A DNA stretch of 64,000 bases from Octopus vulgaris (GCA_951406725.2 OX597832.1:18848001-18912000), one strand, 5' to 3'. Numbered from the stretch's first letter, positions 1 through 15,413 are shown. The notes: a model not told the origin generated them from the letters alone. A program made the numbers and translations.

Positions 1-9
1 TTTACATAT

Positions 10-65
<56 letters not shown>

Positions 66-920
66 GTGTGTGTATGTGTGTGTGTGTGTAAAATTCAGTG
101 GTGATTATGTAACATTCATGCAGTGCTACAAGGCGTTGCTGAGGTGAAACGAAATAGTTATTTCGACTCAAACGTCTCGGTAGTGCACGGCATACATTTA
201 AATGAACTGTCAGATGCAGAATGTACTTGAACTAGGTTCCCGATAGCGTGAAGGCCAAGGTTTTAGCCACTGGGCCACATACAATGTAAATAAGGTGAAT
301 CACTTCACAGATGTCTCGGAAAAAGCAGAATTATTTTTAGTTTTGTTGGAAAGCAAGCGGCGCTCATGTAAGATTAATTAAATAGACTTAACCAATCCCG
401 TGCACCTGTTATTGTTTAATTGCTTCACGACAAAACGGCCGGTAGTGTATATACCAACCTGTATATGCATATATATATATATATACGTATGCGTGCATGT
501 ATGTATGTTTGTATATATGTATATTCATGCATGAATGTAGGTTTGTGTGTGTATGTGTGCGTGCGCGTGTGCTTGTACGTATGTCTGCATGTGCAGATGA
601 ATATGAATAACAATATTCATATATATATATGTATACGTGTGTGTGTCTATACCCGTGGATTATATATAAATATATATATATATATATATAGAAAGAGAGA
701 GAGAGAGAAATATATACATATACATATACATATATATGTGTATATATATTTGTATACATACGCACAAACCCATAGACACACAAACTCTAACACATGCATA
801 GTAATATGCATATATATATGTGTGTGTGTGTGAGTGTGTGTGTCTGTATGCGTGTATGTATATATATATATATATATCCATATCTCTCTCAATATATATA
901 TATATATATTTATACATATG

Positions 921-953
<33 letters not shown>

Positions 954-971
954 ATACATGCATATATACAT

Positions 972-1079
<108 letters not shown>

Positions 1080-1373
1080 GTATGTATGTATATGCAATGG
1101 GTAAATGTGCACATCATCTTGTGTTCATATGTATTTCGTTTTCCTTTGCTCGACGTATATTCCTTCAGTGCGTGCGGAATACGATTAATGTATCTCCCTT
1201 CTCTTGACAATTTTCGCTATTATAGACGGTACGCATTTTCTAATTTACACACAGAAATATGTGATAAAAGAAATATATAAATATCATAAACAAGGAAGTA
1301 AAATGAAATTGCTCCAGAACAATGTATTTCACTAACAATATGACACAAAAATGTATGTCCAACATAAGTATAC

Positions 1374-1554
<181 letters not shown>

Positions 1555-1555
1555 G

Positions 1556-1622
<67 letters not shown>

Positions 1623-1861
1623 TGTATTTGTGTGTTTCATATATAGTAAGACATTTTTTTCATTTTTCACGCGTGCACGTTATTTATTTTGTATTTTGTC
1701 GACTGAACAGTATACTAGGGTCTGTTGGGCACCGTCTGTGAGAAAATCAGCATCTTGACGCAATTCACCCGGACTGAAATTTGGAAATGATATGTTGTAC
1801 TGTTTCGCATTCGGCCGGCAAGTTCCAATAAGAACATTTCAGAGTGGTTAGATGTCAATCT

Positions 1862-2072
1862 GAGGACATGTACCGAGAGTGATAGAAATCAAACATCCTT
1901 TCGACATCATGGTGTTTAAAGTGATAACTTGTGATGGCGACATTATGCCTCCATTCATCTGCCTACAAGACCCCAGACTCAAAGCGGAGGCCTACATCGA
2001 GTGTCTGGAGTTTGTAGTACTAATCTGTATCAAGAAGGTATCTAATGGAAGAAACTATGTCTAGCAACAGGA
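1862..2072 (+). pseudogene. Tc1/mariner-superfamily (maT/DD37D-like) transposase fragment
   Basis: ORF 1879-2064 KHPFDIMVFKVITCDGDIMPPF...EAYIECLE...GRNYV*QQ resembles the KHPxxVMVxGxxxxxG...Y...L...WQQD catalytic-domain segment of Tc1-like transposases; a stop replaces the W. Confidence 0.75.
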
Positions 2073-2210
2073 AAGTTAAATATACACCATTCTCCTTAAA
2101 TAATGGAACTGCAAATACAATGTCCTTATGTATTACACGTCTGTTTTCATTCCTTCAATTTACTCTGTATTTCATATCTTCTGTATAATACATATTAATT
2201 AAAGAAGTTC

Positions 2211-2309
2211 TCACACCGTCTCTGATGAAGGGATATATGAAATATCCGGGACCTGTTTATAAATGCTCTGAAAGCTATTCACAGCCTTGGATTTTTTCAA
2301 TCTCATTCT

Positions 2310-2312
<3 letters not shown>
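2211..2312 (+). mobile_element. Penelope-like element terminal-repeat remnant with partly deleted hammerhead motif
   Basis: gtct-CTGATGA-ag-ggatat/atatcc hairpin; downstream text (tttataaatg...cacagccttgg...tctcatt) matches 36490-36545; the GAAAC/stem III part is deleted. Confidence 0.6.
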
Positions 2313-2356
<44 letters not shown>

Positions 2357-2365
2357 GATACAAAC

Positions 2366-2414
<49 letters not shown>

Positions 2415-2489
2415 GATACAAACATACATACATATATATATATATTTGCACACGCACATGTGTGTATATACAAATATGTGTGTGTGTGT

Positions 2490-2685
2490 GTGTTTGTCCC
2501 ATCGCATGACAATCGTTGCTGGTTTGTTTACATACCCGTCATTAGCGATTCGGCAAATGGAGATCCGATACGATAAATACTAGGCTTAGAATGAATGAGA
2601 ACTGGGGTCGATTTGTTCCACTAAAGGCGGTGCACCAGCATGTCCGCTGTCAAATGACTGAAATAATTTAAAAAGCAAAAGAGTA
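2490..2685 (+). mobile_element. SINE family A, 3' half
   Basis: tttgtccc...ggcggtgcaccagcatgtccgctgtcaaatgactgaaa matches the 3' half of the full copy at 53548-54028. Confidence 0.85.
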
Positions 2686-2830
2686 ACGTGTATACATATG
2701 TGTGTATATGTATGTATATATATATATATATATAGATAGATAGATATATGCATACACATATATACACATATGTATGCACAAACACACATACATATATATA
2801 TACGTAGACACACAAGCGCACACGCCCAAA

Positions 2831-2864
<34 letters not shown>

Positions 2865-3284
2865 GCACAGGCGAGCACTCACGTATGGTGAAACCGAAAC
2901 AGCTGTGAATTGGCAACGTAATCTAAATCAGCAGCGAGTGCCCAATCAAGGCTTATATGAAACCAACGATGATATCATGGATCAAACGGTATAGAACAGC
3001 TTCTATAGAAAACCATCTGATAGTATTGATATCCCTTAAGATCTGCATAAATGAGGGAGCAGATTAGTCATCTTTCCACTAAGACAATAATTAATCCGCC
3101 AGCTTGACATTTAATTCTTGTACAGCAGATGAGATTCTTTGTTTCTTACTGGAATATTTCAAAGGTTTTCTCTGACATTTTGGTCTTGGTTTTTCGGTAG
3201 TGTTAAGGGTAGAATGTTTCTGGAGATAATTAATGTATTCTTTTGTGGGTTCTTTGTATTGTTTTCTGGGGTTTTTTTTTCAAA

Positions 3285-4352
<1,068 letters not shown>

Positions 4353-4509
4353 ATACAATGGTTTCAAATTTTTCAACAAGGGCAGCAACTTGGGCGGCGG
4401 CGATGAGTGATTACATTGACTGTTACTAACTTAACCACCCCGAAAAGCAAAGTCGACTTAAGCGGAAGCAGAACTCAGAACATAAAGAGTAACTGTCATC
4501 TCAATAGTT

Positions 4510-4825
4510 ACAATGTCCCTCGGAGTTCTAGTAACCAAGTCGAGAAATGCATCAGAGAAATTGGTATTGACATGAAGGTAAAGTATGCAAAAAAACAAAC
4601 AAACAAAACCACGTCTATTGTGGTAACAAGATCTGAGTTTGGTGCCTGGGTGTTAAATATCTTCCACAATACTTAACAGCTAATCACCTAGTATTATAAG
4701 TCGTGAGAAGAGACCCTCAGAGATCCCGTAAGACATTTGACAACAAGTTGATGTCCGCTCTCATAGAATTAACCACAGCAGGTAAGAGCGAGACTTCTGA
4801 GAAATTAAATAAAATAAATAATAAA
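4510..4825 (+). mobile_element. R4/Dong-like non-LTR retrotransposon 3' end (decayed)
   Basis: EKCIREIGIDMKVKYAKK, then a frameshifted LLGTARILRLVLGC*-like end, 3' UTR and A/TAA-rich tail. Confidence 0.5.
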
Positions 4826-5077
4826 TATTTTCCCTGTTGGCACAAAGCATGAGATTTCGGTAGTGGGAGCGTAGTCGAGTACATCACCCCCTACTCCAAT
4901 GCTTTATTTTTACTTATTTTATAGACCCCGAAATAATAAGGTGCAATGTTTTCCTTGAACTCCATGTAAAGACAGTCGAACTGTTGCTTTCATAATCACC
5001 TTTGTTTGGATAAAATGCATGGAATGAAATGACACCTGTTGTTTATTCTCCTTTCATCTACTCCGATATCAGTATTT

Positions 5078-5255
5078 ATTTTTTTATTGCCCACAAGTGG
5101 CTAAACATAGAGGGAACAAGCAAGTTCAAACAAAAGGATTAAGTCGGTTATATCGACCCCCCCGTGCGTAACTGGTACTTATTTAATCGATCCCGAAAGG
5201 ATGAAAGGTAAAATCGACCTCGGCGGAATATGAATTCAGAACGTAACGGCAGATG
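5078..5255 (-). mobile_element. SINE family B, 5'-truncated
   Basis: Reverse complement of gttctgaattcatattccgccgaggtcga...tcatcctttcgggatcgattaaataagtaccagttacgc...cccctctatgtttagcc, as in 24979-25208. Confidence 0.85.
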
Positions 5256-5262
5256 TAATTCT

Positions 5263-5470
5263 TTTCTATTCTTTTAATTGTTTCAGTCATTTGACTGCGG
5301 CCATGCTGGAGCACCGCCTTTTTTTCGAGCAAATCGACCCCAGGACTTTTCTTTTTGAAAGCCTAGTACTTATTCTATCGGTCTTTCTTGCCGAACCGCT
5401 AAGTGACGGGGACGTAAAAACAGCATCGGTTGTCAAGCGATGTTGGTGGGACAAACATAGACACACAAAC

Positions 5471-5565
<95 letters not shown>

Positions 5566-5700
5566 CGACGAGCTTCTTTCAGTTTCCGTCTACCAAATCC
5601 ACTCACGGCCGGAAGCTATAGTAGAAGACACTTGTGCAAGGTTCTATGCAGTGGGACTGAATGGTTGGTAAGCAAGCTACTTACCACACAGCCACTCCTG
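5263..5700 (-). mobile_element. SINE family A (tRNA-derived head, internal microsatellite)
   Basis: Near-full reverse copy of 53548-54028 with internal (CA)n(TA)n. Confidence 0.9.
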
Positions 5701-6409
5701 TTAGAAAACACCGCCTCAATGAAGATCTATTTCTATCTCCGCTGCCACCACTCACCACGTGGTCTGCTTCTAAATAATTCAATAATACATAAGGCTTTCA
5801 TAGCAAAGCGATGATCTGACCGGATATTTAGATAGTCTTGTAAATACCTGAAGTTATATGTTATGGCTCTTTCGTTTCTGAACTCAATTTTCTCCAAGAT
5901 CAGCTTTGGATTTTACCTCTACTGATGCGGAAAAAAATGTACCAGTCACGTTTTGAGGTCGATGGTGTCAACTAGTACCCTGCTTTCAATTTTTTTGGCT
6001 TTGTTTTTAAATCATGAACAATGATTTTTATTTTGCTATTACACGATATTCTAACAGTCGTAATTGTGCTTTTTTTCGGTCTAATTTGGGTGCAATTTTT
6101 CTACACTGATCCTATAAATACCTGCATTCGTATCTGTTTATTTGTGAAGTCTATAACTCCAACTAAACAACTGTCTTGCATTTCTATCACTCCCATATTA
6201 AGGTTTAGCTTTCCAAAATTTGACCCCATTTAGTCGTCAGTTGTTCTCAACCCCTCTAAAGTAACTGATACGATGAAATACTTGTAAACTTCTTGGTTAA
6301 AAAATATTCATTTTTTACACTACCATCAATAAAGTTGGGCCATATCTGTAAAATCAAGAATATAGAAACGAAAGTAGAATGCTTCCATAACTTACGTGGA
6401 AACCATGAG

Positions 6410-6690
6410 CGTTTTTTCAGGGGAGATAATTAGAGAAAGACTTGAAAGTCAACGTATGTTCTTAATACTTCATGTAAAATGTAGTAAATATAACAAATAA
6501 TCCATAATCCTTATCCAAACCGGATCCAGCCCAAACTTTAATCAGTTCGTGTCAGTCACGAGGCTAAAAATGCCTGAAAGTTTCATCCGAATCTATACAG
6601 TGATTCTTTAGATATCTTGTCCACGGACAAGCAAACTAGCAGACATGACTGAAAAAAATAGCTCCGCATTCGCGAAGGAAGAGTTAGTAA
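6410..6690 (+). mobile_element. Non-autonomous Helitron/Helentron-like repeat (tentative)
   Basis: aaagtttcatccgaatc...gatatcttgtccacggacaagcaaac...gaaaaaaatagctccgc...gagttagtaa resembles the 3' architecture of HINE/DINE-type elements; recalled resemblance only. Confidence 0.4.
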
Positions 6691-8812
6691 TAATAATAAG
6701 AGCAAGTTACCTTTTCGACTCATGCCGAGTCACGAGGGCCGGTTTCTCGTCGTATATATTTCGCATTGGTGGGTCACCGGTTTATCAAGTGACTTGCATT
6801 TCTATCACTCCCATATTAAGGTTTAGCTTTCCAAAATTTGCCCCCTTTTAGTCGTCAGTTGTTCTCAACCCCTCTAAAGTAACTGATACGATGAAACACT
6901 TGTAAACATATTGGATAAAAAAAATTCATTTTTTACACTACCATAAAGAAAGTTGGGCCATATCTGTAAAATCAAGAATATAGAAACGAAAGTAGAATGC
7001 TTCCATAACTTACGTGAAAACCATGAGCGTTTTTTCAGGGGAGATAATTAGAGAAAGACTTTATGTAAAGTGTAGTAAATATAACAAATAATCCATAATC
7101 CTTATCCAATACTGGATCCATCGTTTTCGGCAGCTGAGTGACCTGGAGAGACGTTAAATGAAGTGTTTAGCTCAAGAACACAACGCGTCGACCGATCCTG
7201 AAATAAAAACTACTATCTTACGAACATGAGTCCAATACCCGTAACCACTAAGGCACGAGCCTCCCATCTCTCCTCATTAGGTTTCCAAGTGCATTTCATA
7301 ATTATCGATCACGGAATTATTGCCCTTCACTATGATATAGATGCAAAAGTCCTCCAGTATCGAGATTTAGTATATTGAAGGCTCCCCCGAAGTCATATTC
7401 TTAATCTAATGTGTAAATATGTAGCAAGAAATAAATGTGATAAATTCTCATTCTGATATTCCATGATGATATTTCGGTTGGAAAGCCTAAAATTGCGATG
7501 TACTTCGAATAGAAAATTAGTGACGAATACTCGCATACAGTTTATATATGGATGTATATGTATGTATACACCTTTGTACATATGTGCGTATCTATTATAT
7601 ATATATATGTATAAATGTATCTGTATGTACACATGCACTTATTTCTGCATATACATATGTATAGTGGACGACCGACGAAATCATTAGGAGATTATTGGCA
7701 AATTCTTTAGATATCTTGTCCACGGACAAGCAAACTATCAGACGATGACTGAAACAAATATCCGCATTCGCGAAGTGAAGTGTTAGTAATAATAATAAGT
7801 GTGTGTGTTTCGACTCATGCCGAGTCACGAGGGCCGGTTTCTCGTCGTATATATTTCGCATTGGTGGGTCACCGGTTTATCAAGTGACTTGCATTTCTAT
7901 CACTCCCATATTAAGGTTTAGCTTTCCAAAATTTGCCCCCTTTTAGTCGTCAGTTGTTCTCAACCCCTCTAAAGTAACTGATACGATGAAACACTTGTAA
8001 ACTTATTGGATAAAAAAAATTCATTTTTTACACTACCATAAAGAAAGTTGGGCCATATCTGTAAAATCAAGAATATAGAAACGAAAGTAGAATGCTTCCA
8101 TAACTTACGTGAAAACCATGAGCGTTTTTTCAGGGGAGATAATTAGAGAAAGACTTTATGTAAAGTGTAGTAAATATAACAAATAATCCATAATCCTTAT
8201 CCAATACTGGATCCATCGTTTTCGGCAGCTGAGTGACCTGGAGAGACGTTAAATGAAGTGTTTAGCTCAAGAACACAACGCGTCGACCGATCCTGAAATA
8301 AAAACTACTATCTTACGAACATGAGTCCAATACCCGTAACCACTAAGGCACGAGCCTCCCCATCTCTCCTCATTAGGTTTCCAAGTGCATTTCATAATTA
8401 TCGATCACGGAATTATTGCCCTTCACTATGATATAGATGCAAAAGTCCTCCAGTATCGAGATTTAGTATATTGAAGGCTCCCCCGAAGTCATATTCTTAA
8501 TCTAATGTGTAAATATGTAGCAAGAAATAAATGTGATAAATTCTCATTCTGATATTCCATGATGATATTTCGGTTGGAAAGCCTAATTGCGATGTACTTC
8601 GAATAGAAAATTAGTGACGAATACTCGCATACAGTTTATATATGGATGTATATGTATGTATACACCTTTGTACATATGTGCGTATCTATTATATATATAT
8701 ATGTATAAATGTATGTATCTTAGCATATATGTATGTACACATGCACTTATCTCTGCATATACATATGTATAGTGGACGACCGACGAAATCATTAGGAGAT
8801 TATTGGCAAATT
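6603..8812. repeat. Tandem duplication, ~1.1 kb unit x2, plus older partial copy at 6175-6520
   Basis: attctttagatatcttgtccacggacaagc at 6603 and 7702; gattattggcaaatt at 7690 and 8798; interiors nearly identical. Confidence 0.95.
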
Positions 8813-9028
8813 GAGCTTCCATTACTTACATGTAATTGGGTAATATATCCGAGTCTGTACATATATGTTAGTGTGTGTATGTATGTATATATGTGTGTGT
8901 GTGCGTGTGTGTGTTTATGTAAATATATATATGTGTGTGTGTGAGTATACAGATCCATTTGCATAAAATATATATCCACCAACACACTCGCACACATACG
9001 CACAAACACAGCCACACACACATATATT

Positions 9029-9094
<66 letters not shown>

Positions 9095-9342
9095 TGTGCG
9101 TGTGTGTGCATGTATGTATGTATGTATCTATATATGGCCACACATCTGTCTAGATTTATATATGGTTATACGCAATATTCATATATATATAGAGAGAGAA
9201 GATATGACAAAAACTGACATGGAAGCATGGATGCGTACGCGCGAGCGTGGGTGCTATGACATATGTGTGCCTGAATATATATGTAGGGACCTGTATACAG
9301 TAACACACTCACACGCAAGCACATGCAACACACATGCATATA

Positions 9343-9378
<36 letters not shown>

Positions 9379-9379
9379 T

Positions 9380-9461
<82 letters not shown>

Positions 9462-9675
9462 CATACATACACACACATCTGAAATGTACGTGATATTAAA
9501 GATACAATCTATATTTCATTTAATAGGTAAAAGCACCCACATATTCATAAATGTACACATGCAAACACACACTCAAACACACACACACAAAGTCACTCAC
9601 ACACGTACATACACATATTTATAAATACATACCTATAGTTATCTATATGTGTGTATTAATCTCTATATCACTTTA

Positions 9676-9720
<45 letters not shown>

Positions 9721-9964
9721 ATAAATATAGAAATGTGCATATATATATATATATGTAACTGCACACTCACACACACACATACACACATACACACATACAC
9801 ACACACGCACACATATATGCATATAGTTATTCAGTTTTAAATATTACACGTTTATATATGTAAATATCTTACACATAAGCATATTTAGATATATATGTGT
9901 GTATACATATTCTCATACGTAGATATGTGTGTATTTATATATATATATATATATACATTTATAT

Positions 9965-10117
<153 letters not shown>

Positions 10118-10807
10118 GCATATATCGATACATATATATATATAGAGAGAGAGAGAGGGAGACAGACAGATAGACAGACAGACAGATAGACAGACAGACA
10201 GACAGAGACACACAAACACACACACGCACACTCACATATATGTATGTTATACGTGCATACACATGCATCTACTCGCACGCACACACTTTCACATTAGTAT
10301 CAGAAAACATCAGCCACAGTAATATAGATTCCCCTCGTCAAAGGACCCCTCTCAGTCATGCTGTTTAATATAGATACGTAAATGTTAGCACTTAGTTAAT
10401 AAATGATTGCTTCTTGGGCAGCGTCTCGAGAACCCTGTAGCGCTATTTCAATGGATCTAATTACTATTTTGCCATGGCGTCTTGCGATGGTAATAATATA
10501 TAATAAGAAAAAGGAAAAATAATGACAACAAAAATGAAATGATAAAATCCTCAGGAATCAACTTCTGTTGTACAAGGATGTTAAATGTGAGTCACGTGTT
10601 ATGTATGAATTTTTCTGATTATCTAGCGATTACTAGATTCTGGGATATTACGATGGTGATGGTATAAAAAGTGTGTTGTTATGATGGTGGTATGGTCACC
10701 GGTTTTTGTGAGACGTAATTCATCGTCGATAATTTTTTTTTTTTTACCTCGTCATTCTTCGAGATGTGTTCATTAGTCTGCGTCGTAATCACTTGCGACA
10801 ACTACGG

Positions 10808-11421
10808 ATGACGCCATGGTGATGATGGTGATGATGGTGAGGATGGTGAGGATGCGGTGGTGGGGGTGGGGTGGGGTTGATGGGAATTATGGATGACGAA
10901 GGTGACGTGGGTGATGATGAGCGAATATGATGAAATCGACACTGGCGATATCGACGAAATTGGTGGTGACGGCGACGAAAGGTGATAGTGAGAGTGATGA
11001 TGTTGAGGATGATGATAATGATGATGATGATGAATTTGAAAAAAAAATTTTTTAAACAGCACAATTACCACCACCATCGCCACTACTAAAGTCATAAAGA
11101 TCACCATCATCATCATCATCAGCAGCAGCAGCAGCAGCATCATGACCACCATCATCATAACTACCATAATCATCATTATCAACACAATCACCATCTACAG
11201 CAGCATATTCACCACCATCACCACCGTAATCATTAGCAGAAGCTCCACCACAGTCATCATCAACGTCATCATGATCATTCATCATCATCATCATCATTAT
11301 CATCATTATCTTTAGCACCACCGCAATAACTACTGACTCCATATCACTACCGCCAACATCGTCATCATCATCCTCATCATCACCACCACCAGTACCATCA
11401 TCATCATCATCATCATCATCA
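10808..11421. repeat. Degenerate (GAT/GGT)n then (CAT/CAC)n low-complexity tracts
   Basis: Direct reading; polarity switches around the A-run/T-run at 11039-11053. Confidence 0.85.
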
Positions 11422-11879
11422 TATTTTCTTCTCGTATCGCCGTACTTATTCCACTCAGATACCTTCGCACAGAGGCATCCACAGATTTAGAATTACTATG
11501 GCTATCTTAAGCATCAAGTCACAAATCTGTTGATGGCATGATTAAAAGACAAAAAAAATGCACTTAAAAATTCCGTCGGATAACGTAAATCATATAAAAT
11601 GCAGAAACAATTGCGTGATACGTTTTAGGCTTTATCATATATAACACAATATATATATATATATATATATTCTTTTCTACTCTATTGCGCAGCAATGGCT
11701 GCGTGGTAAGTAGCTTGCTTTCCAACCATATGGTTATGGGTTCAATCCCACTGTGTAGCACCTTGGGCAGGTGTCTTCTACTATAGCCTCAGGCCGACCA
11801 AAGCCTTGTGAGTAGATTTAGTAGACGGAAACTGAAAGAACCCCGTCGTACATATGTATATATATATATATATATATGT

Positions 11880-12035
11880 ACCCGAGTAAACACGTAAATT
11901 TGAAACAAGGTGGAAAAAAGAGTTCTCAAATAACAGGGGTAGAGTAATATGCTTTATTTCAAAGCAGCAGAAATTCAACAAAACTTGTTACTCTGAATTT
12001 CCCGTTCCCGTTCGTCGGACAGTTTTTGAAATAAA

Positions 12036-12036
<1 letters not shown>
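11880..12036 (-). mobile_element. Penelope-like terminal fragment with minimal hammerhead motif (11983-12023)
   Basis: Minus strand actgt-CCGACGA-acg ggaa cgg-GAAA-ttcaga-GTA-acaagt followed by AATAAA; same family as 24440-24520. Confidence 0.6.
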
Positions 12037-12073
<37 letters not shown>

Positions 12074-12075
<2 letters not shown>

Positions 12076-12146
12076 CGTAAAGTGTACTAGCCATCTGAAT
12101 GTGGCTAGCCACTGGGGGTGGGGTGATGGCTAGTACACTTTACGTT
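12074..12146. repeat. 73-bp hairpin / MITE-like element with 22-bp perfect inverted repeats
   Basis: aacgtaaagtgtactagccatc (12074-12095) and gatggctagtacactttacgtt (12125-12146); inner palindrome gtggctagccac. Confidence 0.9.
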
Positions 12147-12190
12147 GTCGAGCTGTTACGGTTTATATCTCGTTCGGAGATTTATTAATG

Positions 12191-12250
<60 letters not shown>

Positions 12251-12579
12251 GTGTGTGTGTGTGTATGTGTGTTTAAGTTTGCATGTTCGTGTTTGTTCAC
12301 CATCATTGCTTGACAACCGCTGCTGGTGTGTTTACGTCCTCGTAACTTAGCGTTTCGGCAAAAGCGACCGAGAGACTATGTATACTAGGCTTACAAAGAA
12401 TAAGTCCTGGGATTAATTTGCTCGAATAAAGCGGTGCTCTAGCATGGACACAATCAAATGACTGAAACAGATACAAAAATAAAAGAATATTCTTTAGAAT
12501 ATACTCATATGTATGTGAGTATATATGTACACACATGTATATATATATATATCCCATACATGCATTAGTGTGTGTGTGT

Positions 12580-13205
12580 ATGTGGTCTGATCAATAAGTA
12601 TCGGACTGTTGCTACAGTAACGAAGTTAAAGCATGAACAGTGAAGCTGCTTGATACAGATTAACCTTGATCTTATTTGCACATGGTCACTAAATATTAAC
12701 GTTCGAGCTTACATCCACTGTTTACAGCAGTGTGTGGAAGGAAGATGTGTAGCGTGAGATCGTCGTATTGAATATAACATTGGAAGTTAGACAGAGCATC
12801 TGCTACAAATTTGCTCAGAGGTCTACGCAATGTTTTCAAAAAGTTTCCATCGTTCTTTACATATTCAAGGAAATCTTGTGCAACTGAAACCCGAGGGCTT
12901 TTTGGGTTAGCTGAAAGCAGTTTTGGCGCATACTTGAAAGACACGCGTCTCATACCCAAATCGTCAGTGTAATGAATTCAACTGATTCGTAATTTATCTT
13001 TACACCCTCTGTTAACTCACAGAAGTTTATTTGTTGATTTCACTTCAAAGCTGCTCGCTCATCTGCGATGCTTCTCTCACTTCTACTGGTTACAAGTCTC
13101 CCAAAACTTTCGTCAATAGCCACATTTTTCGGCCATCTTGAAAACGCCTGAAACTCTCGTAAACTTCTGCGAGGCTCGTACACTCCTCTTCATACATGAC
13201 CTGCA
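12580..13205. mobile_element. Rearranged mariner transposon remnant
   Basis: TIR-like tgtggtctgatcaataagtatcggact at ~12581; minus-strand peptides LQVMYEEECTSLAEVYESFRRFQDGR and GMRRVSFKYAPKLLS...DGNFLKT match the mariner HTH and WVP-linker regions. Confidence 0.8.
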
Positions 13206-13330
13206 AATATGTATATATATTTATATGAATAACTGAAAGAATGGAGTCGAACGAAGATGTTTCCATGCTGACGTTAAACATAGGATAATTCATTCACCTA
13301 CTTATATATATTTATATATACATACATACA

Positions 13331-13494
13331 CGCGTAGGAGTGGCTGTGGGGTAAGTAGCTTGCTTACCAACCACATGCTTCCGGGCAAAGTCCCACTGCG
13401 TGGCACCTTGGGCAAGTGTCTTCTACTATAGCCTCGGGTTGACCAAGGCCTTATAAATGGCTTTGGTAAACGGAAACTGAAAGAAGCCTGTCGT
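13331..13494 (+). mobile_element. SINE family A, 5' half
   Basis: gcgtaggagtggctgtggggtaagtagc...ggaaactgaaagaagcctgtcg then (TA)n. Confidence 0.9.
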
Positions 13495-13495
13495 A

Positions 13496-13550
<55 letters not shown>

Positions 13551-14014
13551 ACATGAACCCGTAACCATGTGGTTGGTAAACGAGCTATTTACCACACACC
13601 CACTTCTTACGACGAGATTATTTCAGTTTCCATCTTCCAAATCCACTCACAAATATTTGGTTGGCCAGGGGCTGTAGCAGAAAACATTTCTCCGAGGTGG
13701 CGCATAGTGAGTCTGAACCCGGACACACTACGTTAGGATGCACGTTGCTCGCAACACAACCATCATAAACACCTCCAACCGGATATTTAGCAAATCTAAC
13801 ATTCACCATAATTTACGTTATTATAAAGAAAACTGAAATATTAGCAAATTATTTGCAAAGCTAATGTAAAACAGAAAATGTGAAACTGTTCTGCTCGTAA
13901 AGATAACTGAAGAATTCAACCAAGGACATTTGTAACATCGTGGAGACGTACATTAATTCACCTATATGTGCGTCTCTCGTGGTATGTAGATATATATAAC
14001 GAAACAGAATATGT

Positions 14015-14079
<65 letters not shown>

Positions 14080-14223
14080 TAAGGCAATGATACATGTAAG
14101 CATTTATTCGTAGACCCACGCATATATATGATATACCTATATACATGTAAACACGCATATATATATGTATATATATATGTATATATATATACATATGTGT
14201 GTGTATATATATATATATATATA

Positions 14224-14323
<100 letters not shown>

Positions 14324-15302
14324 CATATTGGTCTATCACTCTTTGAGTTGCCTAATAGTGGTTTTATCTCTAATTCATATTATATATATATATAGAGAGA
14401 GAGAGAATGAGAGATACACACAGACATATGTATTATACATACACATGTTTATCTATAAATGCATGCATTTATGTATGTATGTATATGTATATGTATGTAT
14501 GAATCAGTGTGCATAAGAATGTATATAATGCCAGACTATATACACAAACGTTAATGTATTTGTCATGATATATGAAACATAACATATTTATCGACATATT
14601 TATGTCATTATCAATGCATCAGACACACGTGTTTGTCTGTGAGTATGTGTTTCTCTCACCGTGTGTCCGTGTGTCTGTGTCTGGGCGTATGTGACCATCT
14701 GTGAAAAACTAAGCGTGTGTCTATACCTACTTGAATCGATTGACATCTTAGGCGAAACTGGACCAATTAATCTTTGATATTATATTTGTTATTACTTTTC
14801 ATAATGTTGCCATTTTTCTAGTTACATCTCTTTTTCCTTCTTTCTCTCCTTCTCCTTTCGTTCGTTCTTTTTTACTTCTTTTTTTCTTTTTTTTTTTTTT
14901 TCATTTCCGAACATCATTTGTGCTTTACATTATGTGACCATTATCCTCTGATCGTGTTCTCTTTGGTTGATATATCAGGGGACATTTCTTAATATTAAGA
15001 TAAACAGACCTATGTGACTCATCAATACCTCTTTTCAATGTCTATTTTGCCTTGAAATCAAAAGGAAATTCGTATACACATTCATACACATCAGTGTATG
15101 TTCATATGTATGCATGTGTATACACACACACTCATGCGCGCACACACAAACACATACCAACACACACGTATGTATGTATGCAAATGTATGTAGGTATGTA
15201 TGTGTATATATATATATATATACGTGCATGTATGTATACGTAGACATGTAAACATATATATATGCATATATATGTACATATATATTTCTATGTCTGCGTA
15301 TG

Positions 15303-15413
<111 letters not shown>

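Larger units (their letters stand above)
11687..12488 (+). mobile_element. SINE family A with nested insertions in its internal microsatellite
   Basis: Head 11687-11850 (tggctgcgtggtaagtagc...gggttcaatccc) and tail 12280-12488 separated by (TA)n carrying other elements. Confidence 0.85.

Noticed and set aside
2890-2912. ggt gaa acc GAAAC agct GT hammerhead half
   Set aside because: No CUGANGA upstream, GUG triplet and no stem I
10789-11342. His/Pro-rich and Asp/Met-rich ORFs
   Set aside because: Products of CAT/GAT low-complexity tracts
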